Source of the DNA: Selaginella moellendorffii
Taxonomy: Eukaryota; Plantae; Lycopodiophyta
Length of the DNA: 64,000 nucleotides
Direction: 5' to 3'
NCBI RefSeq assembly: GCF_000143415.4
Contig: NW_003314285.1
Location: 1 to 64,000, forward strand
How positions within the stretch are numbered: position 1 is the first letter of the stretch; the number at the start of each line of letters is the position of its first letter. Below are positions 57,452 to 64,000 of this stretch, one piece after another. The notes beneath the pieces were generated by a model, which saw nothing but the letters and a program-made list of their open reading frames with translations, did no database searches and was not told the origin of the DNA. The position numbers and the translations under genes were made by a program.

Positions 57452-59175
57452 TGTGAGACACAAAATCCCTAGGCCCCAAAGTGGAGTTGAAAGGGTGCCA
57501 CGTGGTAGTGGCTGAAGTGAAAGCGAAACGAACGTAACACATTTAGACTAAAAGCTCCGACTTGAAAGGTTGAGAGCGGGAGTGGAACTCCCAACAAAGA
57601 GCTCGAGGAACAAGCACGAAGCGAGAAATAAGCGAGGCTCCAAAAACGGACCCAAAAGGACCAACACATGACACGTGGAAGTGTCCGAGATGGACCCGAG
57701 TTGGAGTCCGAAATGGAGTCCAAGATGGAGTCCGAGATGGACCTGAGTTGGAGTCCGAGATGGAGTCTGAGATGGACCCGAGTTGGAGTCCGAGATGGAC
57801 CCGAGTTGGAGTCCAAGATGGAGTCCGAGGTGGACCTAGGATGGAGTCCGAGATGGACCCGAGTTGGAGTCTGAGGTGGAGTTTGAGATGGAGTCCAAGA
57901 TGGACCAAAATGGAGTCCGAGAAGGACCTGAGATGGAGTCCAAGATGGAGTCCGAGATGGATCGAGATGGAGTCCGAGAAGGACCCGAGATGGAGTCCAA
58001 GATGGACCCGAGATGGAGTTCGAGATGGACCGAGACGGAGTCCGAGATGGAGTCCGAGATGGACCCGAGATGGAGTCTGAGAAGGACCCGAGATGGAGTC
58101 TGAGGTTGAGACCGAGACCAGGACCGAGACCGAGACCGGGACTAGGACCGAGACCGAGGCCGAGTCCGAGTCCGAGTCCGAGTTCGAGTCTGAGAGGGTG
58201 AAAGCCCAAAGCGTTCGTCTCCCAGACCCTAGGGGGTTTGGTAAGCTCCAAAAGTATAGTAAGGGGGAGGATTGTAGTGGAGCTAGTTTGGCCAGGAAAG
58301 GCCAGTTTGGCCCAGGAGGGTGATGAATTGACCACTGGGAAGTCCAAGACTAGAGTGAATACAGACCGACAAGCGGGGTAGCTTGGTGAAGTGTTCAAGA
58401 GCCGGCTCTAGTTCCCCTGGGAGATCAACTGGCCGATGCTCCCAGTCCAAGTGTGGGTGGCATTACCTACTTGGATACCTGGTGTGGCTCAATGGAACCT
58501 CGTTCTAAGCCTATGGCTAGAGCGCCTAAAGGTAGAAGGTGGGGAGAGTACCCACGGGGCTCGCGTAGGGCCACGGTGTTCCGAAATGTTATCCCGAAGT
58601 CCCAAATGGGGGAAAGGAGGAGGAGTAATCCTCTAGTGTAGTGACTACGGATACGGTCACATGGTGAGGAAGTCCTAGAGGACAATGGGACTTAGTGGCC
58701 GAGCCTGCAAGCCTTGATCTAGTGGCAGTGTTAGTGAACATGGCCATAGACGGAAAAGGGACTTGGTAGGAACTGACAAAGGGATGTTGGGGAAGGCTAT
58801 TCCTCATGTCTGTGGGCATCCTAAGGATGCTAAGGAGTGGATCTGGGATGACCACTTGTGGATGGATAACCCAGTCTTGGAGAGATTAGATTGTTATGCA
58901 AGTGGTTTTGGACCACCAGTGCGGCAAAGGTGAATGGGCATAGCCTTAGCGTAACGGGCTGATATGTCAGTGGTACCTTTGGATGTCGATCTTGGGACTG
59001 GACACATGGAGCACTTGGACCAAGTGCAAGGGATGAGTGGCATAGATGCCATTCTCAGGACTAGCAAGTCCCAAGTACTGAATTGGACTTAAGGAGGTTG
59101 TGAATGAGGACTCCTCCAAGTGGTCAGAGGTGTGGTTAAGTGACTAAAGTAGAATGGAAAATTTAGTTGCTTACA
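57452..59175 (+). mobile_element. Solo LTR (TG...CA) with internal minisatellite
   Basis: TGTGAGACAC...TTGCTTACA; flanks GGTTT/GATTT (5-bp TSD, one mismatch); internal 11-12-bp GGAGTCCGAGAT/GGACCCGAGAT array at ~57680-58190. Strand is given relative to the other copy only. Confidence 0.8.
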
Positions 59176-59688
59176 GATTTACACTCTGCTCTATAGTTAT
59201 TTTATTGTAGATCACTATAGGGTAAAGGTTGAAAACTATATATGCTACACATAAGCTCATGCAAATAGTATATCTCAAATCTATCTAATGAGCCTAAGAA
59301 AATGTCGTGAATGTGACTTTGGGTATCGAAAGTTACCTGTCAACTATCCTTTCAAATATTCTTTCTTTACTGCCATGACAGTAGGAGGTTAGTATAATTG
59401 GTTCCCTTTATTAGCCCCTCTTGTTCAAGTGTTAATAAATTGTGCTTAGCACCTATACTTAGCTAGATGGACATAAGGGATGAACTCCTATATGTTTTTA
59501 ACTGAGTATACTTGGCTTGACACTTAGTTCTCTTTTGCTCTGTTTTGCACTAGCTTGATAAGAACCCTCATGTATTGAGACTAGTCCCTTAATATTGCTG
59601 GATGATAGCTTACTATATCTGCCAAACACTAGATGTATAGTAGGGATAGTGGGTAGGTTGGGCATGGCCAAGCAACCTGAGGCATAGC

Positions 59689-60989
59689 TGTAAGCGACCA
59701 ATTTTTCTATCCTACTTTAGTCACTTAAACTACACCTCCGACCACTTGGGGGAGTCTCATTCACAACCTCCTTAAGTCTAATTCCAGACATAAGACTTGC
59801 TGGCCCCGAGAATGGCATCCATGCCACTCATCCTTTGCACTTGGTCCAAGTGCTTCACGTGTCCGGTCCCAAGATCGACACCCCAAGGTACCACTGACAT
59901 ACCAGCCCATTACACTAAGGCCATGCCCATTCACCTTAGTCACATCACCACAGCCTGACCACTAAGTCCCACTATCCTCTGGGACTTTTTCACCACATGA
60001 CCGTATCCTTGGTCTCCACACTAGAGGACTGTGCCTCTTCCATTCTATAGTCTGGGACTTTGGGACAACATTTCGAAACACCATGGCCTTACGCGAGCCT
60101 CATGGGTACTCTCCCCACTTTCCGCCTTTAGGTGCTCTAGCCATGGGCTTAGAGCGAGGTTCCATTGAGCCACACCAGGTATCCAAGTAGGTAGTGCCAT
60201 CCACACTTGGACTGGGAACATTGGCCATTTGATCTCCCAGAGGAACTAGAGCCGACTCTTGAACACTTCACCAAGCTACCCCGCTTGATAGTCCACATTC
60301 ACTCTAGCCTTGGACCTCCTAGTGGTTATCCCATCACTCAACACCTGAATATAGCCTTCTTGGGCCAAATTGGCCTTTCCTGGCCAAATTGGCTCCACTA
60401 GAGTCCTCCCCCTACTATACTTTTGGAGCTCACCAAACCCCCCAAGGTCCGGGAGATGAACGCTTTAGGCTTTCACCCTCTCAGACTCAAACTTGGACTC
60501 GGACTCGGACTCGAACTCGGACTTGGACTCGGGCTTGGGCTTGGTCTTGGCCTCGGCCTCATTCTTGGTCTCGGGCCTGGTCTCGGTCTTGATCTCGGTC
60601 CCGTTCTCGGTCTCGGCTTCGGACTCCATCTCAGGTCCTTCTTGGACTCCATCTCGGGTCCATCTCGGACTCCATCTCGGGTCCATCTCGGATCCATCTC
60701 GGACTCCATCTCGGTCCATCTCGGACTCCACTCGGGTCCATCTCGGGTCCATCTCAGACTCCATCTCAGGTCCATCTCGGACTCCATCTCAGGTCCATCT
60801 CGGATTCTTTTATTGCTCACTTCATGCTCGTTCCTTGAGCACTCTGTTGGGAGTTCCACTCCCACTCTTGACCTTTCAAGTCAGAGCTTTTTAGTCTAAA
60901 CATGTTACACTCATTTGGCTTTCACTTCGGCCACTACCACATGGCACCCTTTCAGCTCCACTTTGGGGCTTAGGGATTTGTATCTCACA
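59689..60989 (-). mobile_element. Solo LTR of the same family in opposite orientation
   Basis: TGTAAGCGACC...GTATCTCACA is the reverse complement of 57452-59175 with a shorter minisatellite and an internal indel; flanks ATAGC/ATAGT (5-bp TSD, one mismatch). Confidence 0.8.
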
Positions 60990-61480
60990 ATAGTTTAGCT
61001 CTTGTTTGCATGCCTATCCTTGTTCTACGTCTAGCTTGGGTCTAAGCCAAGTTCCTTTCATGCTAGCTAGTGGAGTACCCATATCCTTGCGTTAGGCCAC
61101 TGGTATGCTGAAATAGCGCTAAACTATGTTTAGCTCCATTTTGGGTGTTTGTCCTGATATTGGGATGTTGGATACTCTAGGACTATTCCAAGTTGCTCTA
61201 TGCTCATATCCTTTCACTCCTTGGGCTGTACACTCGAGAGTCACTCTGTATTTCAGTACCTTCATTCCTTAGCTCTACACTTAAGAGTTTGGCTCCATTC
61301 TTCATTCAGTGGCCCAAGGCCCTGAAATTCAGGTTCCACACCACTATCCTTTGGACACATGGTATGTGGCACGTGGCACATGTAGGGTTTAGGTTCTGCT
61401 TCATGGTTATCCTATGGTAAATCACCATAGGATAAAGGGTAAAAACCACGTGCGCTACAACAAAAGCTCATATAATATGG
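60990..61480 (+). mobile_element. Remainder of older LTR-like repeat (host copy 2)
   Basis: Direct-repeat similarity to 57045-57450 and 59176-59270. Confidence 0.65.
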
Positions 61481-64000
61481 TATAAAATGGTACACACCAA
61501 AATCCTTACCCAAATACATATGTGAAACCATAGCAACCACCTAGTTAGATCATCATTTTCATCTTTACATATGCAATAAAACTAGTTTCTTAATCTCATT
61601 AAATAGTTTTTATTGAGATTAATTCTTTGATACCAAATGTAATGCACATGGTTTTAACCTTATACCCTATGGTAAATTACTATAAGATAAACCATGGAAA
61701 TCTAACCCTTGAACATATAGAGCTTAGGCTTAGACTTAAGTTGGATGCAAAAGAAGGACAAACACAGACAATGGGGAGTTTGATAATATTTCAGGTTGGA
61801 TACATGTTTTAGGCTTTCAGCCCAATCCTAAAAGTTAGTCTCTGGGACAAAATTTAAAACTTACTAATTATGAAATGTCATTAGATTGTGAATCTAGAAG
61901 AAAAAATAACACCATTGTGTTCAAGACATTCTCTACATTCCATAAATATATATAAGTATCAGATTTAAACACTTTCTATAAATAGGATTAACATATAAGG
62001 CATGATAGCCAGATTTAAGGATTCCATCTAAAGGCCTCCACCACTACTAGATCCCCCCTATCATATTCTGGTTGAAGCATAGAAGCCATTTGCCTCTCCA
62101 TTTAGCAATCTTGCTAGGTGACCTTTGTCCTCAATCAGCAAATGGTGAAGTTTGATGGCCGCTAGTAAGAGCCTCCATCACATCCAAATAATCACTAAGG
62201 TCTGGGTTTTCTTGTTGTTGAAATGGTTTTGGTTGCATGCCTCTCATAAGGAATAGACTTTAATAGCTTTTCATATCACATATTGTTCTTGTCTCAGGAC
62301 TTCCCATACTATGGACCCCAACATTTTTCCCGAGGGGTCCCACCACATATTCATTGCCATTACATAGCTCAAGAATGACTTTGGTAAGATGAGCCATGAT
62401 TAAACCTAAAACTTCATAGCAAAGAAAAAAGGAGAAAGAATAGACAAGAAAATTTTAATCTCTACCTAACAAGATATAAATCTAGTAAAAAACCTACTCT
62501 AAATACTAGAGCTACTAAAGCTAATTGCTAACTACTGCATGAGCTAACTACGAGTGAAGAACTAAAGCTAATTGGAGGTGATGGACTCTACTCTGCTCAA
62601 ACATCAATAAGGTTGATGTGCACAATTAACACCTATTAGCATGATTGTAATTAGGGACTCTAGAAAAATAAAAAGAAAGTGACTAACCTTTTACGGAACT
62701 ATTGGAGCATTCACAATAATAGCAACTAGCTTTCCTTATAGAGCTTCCACATTAACTTTGTTGGGACATCTCTCACCCCTAACCACAACTTCATGACCCC
62801 ACACACACATTCACACACTCATTACTCCAAGATCAAGTGGGAACCCTAGATTCAGGGCTAATATACAAAGATGAGACCTAGAATATTCCTTATGCTCTCT
62901 CAAGATGGAATCAAAGCCGTGATTGTGAGAATGAGATAAGGATGAGCTAGTGCCACAACAAGCAACCACTAGTGGGATGCTGAGATGCTCCCATATGCTA
63001 AAATGTAATGTCTAGAGAGGGTAGTTGTTGAAACAAAGAGAAATAGCAAAAAAAGAAGAGAAAAAAGCAAAAAATCAAAGTCAAAAGGAATGAGGACAAA
63101 AGTAGAAGATGAGAGAGGAGTTTGAAGTTCAAAAACATAGGAAAAATTTAATGGAAAATTGTATAATTGAATTAGAGACTCAAGAAAGTGGAAAAAGAAA
63201 GAAAATAAAAAGAAAAAAAACAAAAAACCAAATGGAAACAAGCTCAAACCTAGCTCCCACATGTTAGAAAGTGAATATGCTAATGCAACCTCAAGCTTAT
63301 ATAGTCTGTGCTCAAAACTTTGACTTAGAATGGAGAAGCATAGAGAATATAATATCTATAAATGGATGGCATGAGTAAATGTGTGCAAGGAGAAATTGTG
63401 ATTTGATGTAGTGAAACTTGAAGTCACAATTACTATTGGACCACTACTTGAAAGGTGGCAAATTACTTCACTTCTGAGTTGAGCTGGAATAAAAGGGTGT
63501 CACCTCTATTGTCTACACCTCTAAAAGCACCTAGGTGCCCACTACAATTAGGATCTCTTGATGGAAGAAGAAATCAACTCCAAAGAATGGAAAGTAACAA
63601 CATGTAACTAGTCCATTGAATATCTTGCATATTGTGCATGAAAATGTCTTATTTTTTGTTGTTCTTGTTTGGAATAGCCTTTATGATGAAGTGATGTCCC
63701 AAAGTTTTGGTCTAAGGTTGTAGTGAATGGTGGAAAATATGTATGAAGTGATTGGGTATGTGTAGCGAGAGATGGGCAATGGTGGTGTCAGTGTGGAATT
63801 ATATTTTGGACTGTGGATGATGTAAAGTGATGATGAGAATGTGAGGATGTAAGTGATGTAAAGAAAGAAGCCAAAGATTTTGAGAACAAACCAGCAAGAG
63901 TTGAGGAGTCTTTATACAATCGGTAATGCAATTAGAGCATGTTCACCATGGAAAGAAACTTGCTCCACATGATTCTTTAGCTTGGAGAAATGTGGAAGAA

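Noticed and set aside
57469-60899. Repetitive ORFs (MESEMD..., LGLHLG...) as proteins, or the array as CRISPR
   Set aside because: They are translations of an LTR minisatellite; there are no unique spacers and the context is eukaryotic.

Overview
Eukaryotic plant nuclear DNA. The very short introns, tight gene spacing and many intronless PLS-class PPR genes point to a lycophyte such as Selaginella (inference). Compact GC-rich gene islands alternate with AT-rich decayed-transposon blocks (about 1.9-12.4 kb, 27.5-31 kb and 54.7-64 kb). The left end holds an alternating UGT / SABATH-methyltransferase tandem array on the minus strand: a UGT running off the window edge, SABATH pseudogene, split UGT pseudogene, TE block, SABATH pseudogene, and a UGT with a PSPG-box deletion. 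A tRNA-Gln remnant sits inside the array. Further genes are a 3-exon EPFL peptide gene, LUC7, a pectin methylesterase, four PLS/E-type PPR genes without a DYW domain, an orphan 396-aa ORF, cytosolic TrpRS, an euANT/AIL AP2 factor (9-nt microexon, probable GC-AG intron) and a MATH/TRAF gene. The right end has two oppositely oriented solo LTRs, each with its own near-perfect 5-bp TSD, nested in older related repeats. Exon boundaries were read by eye and no database searches were run.
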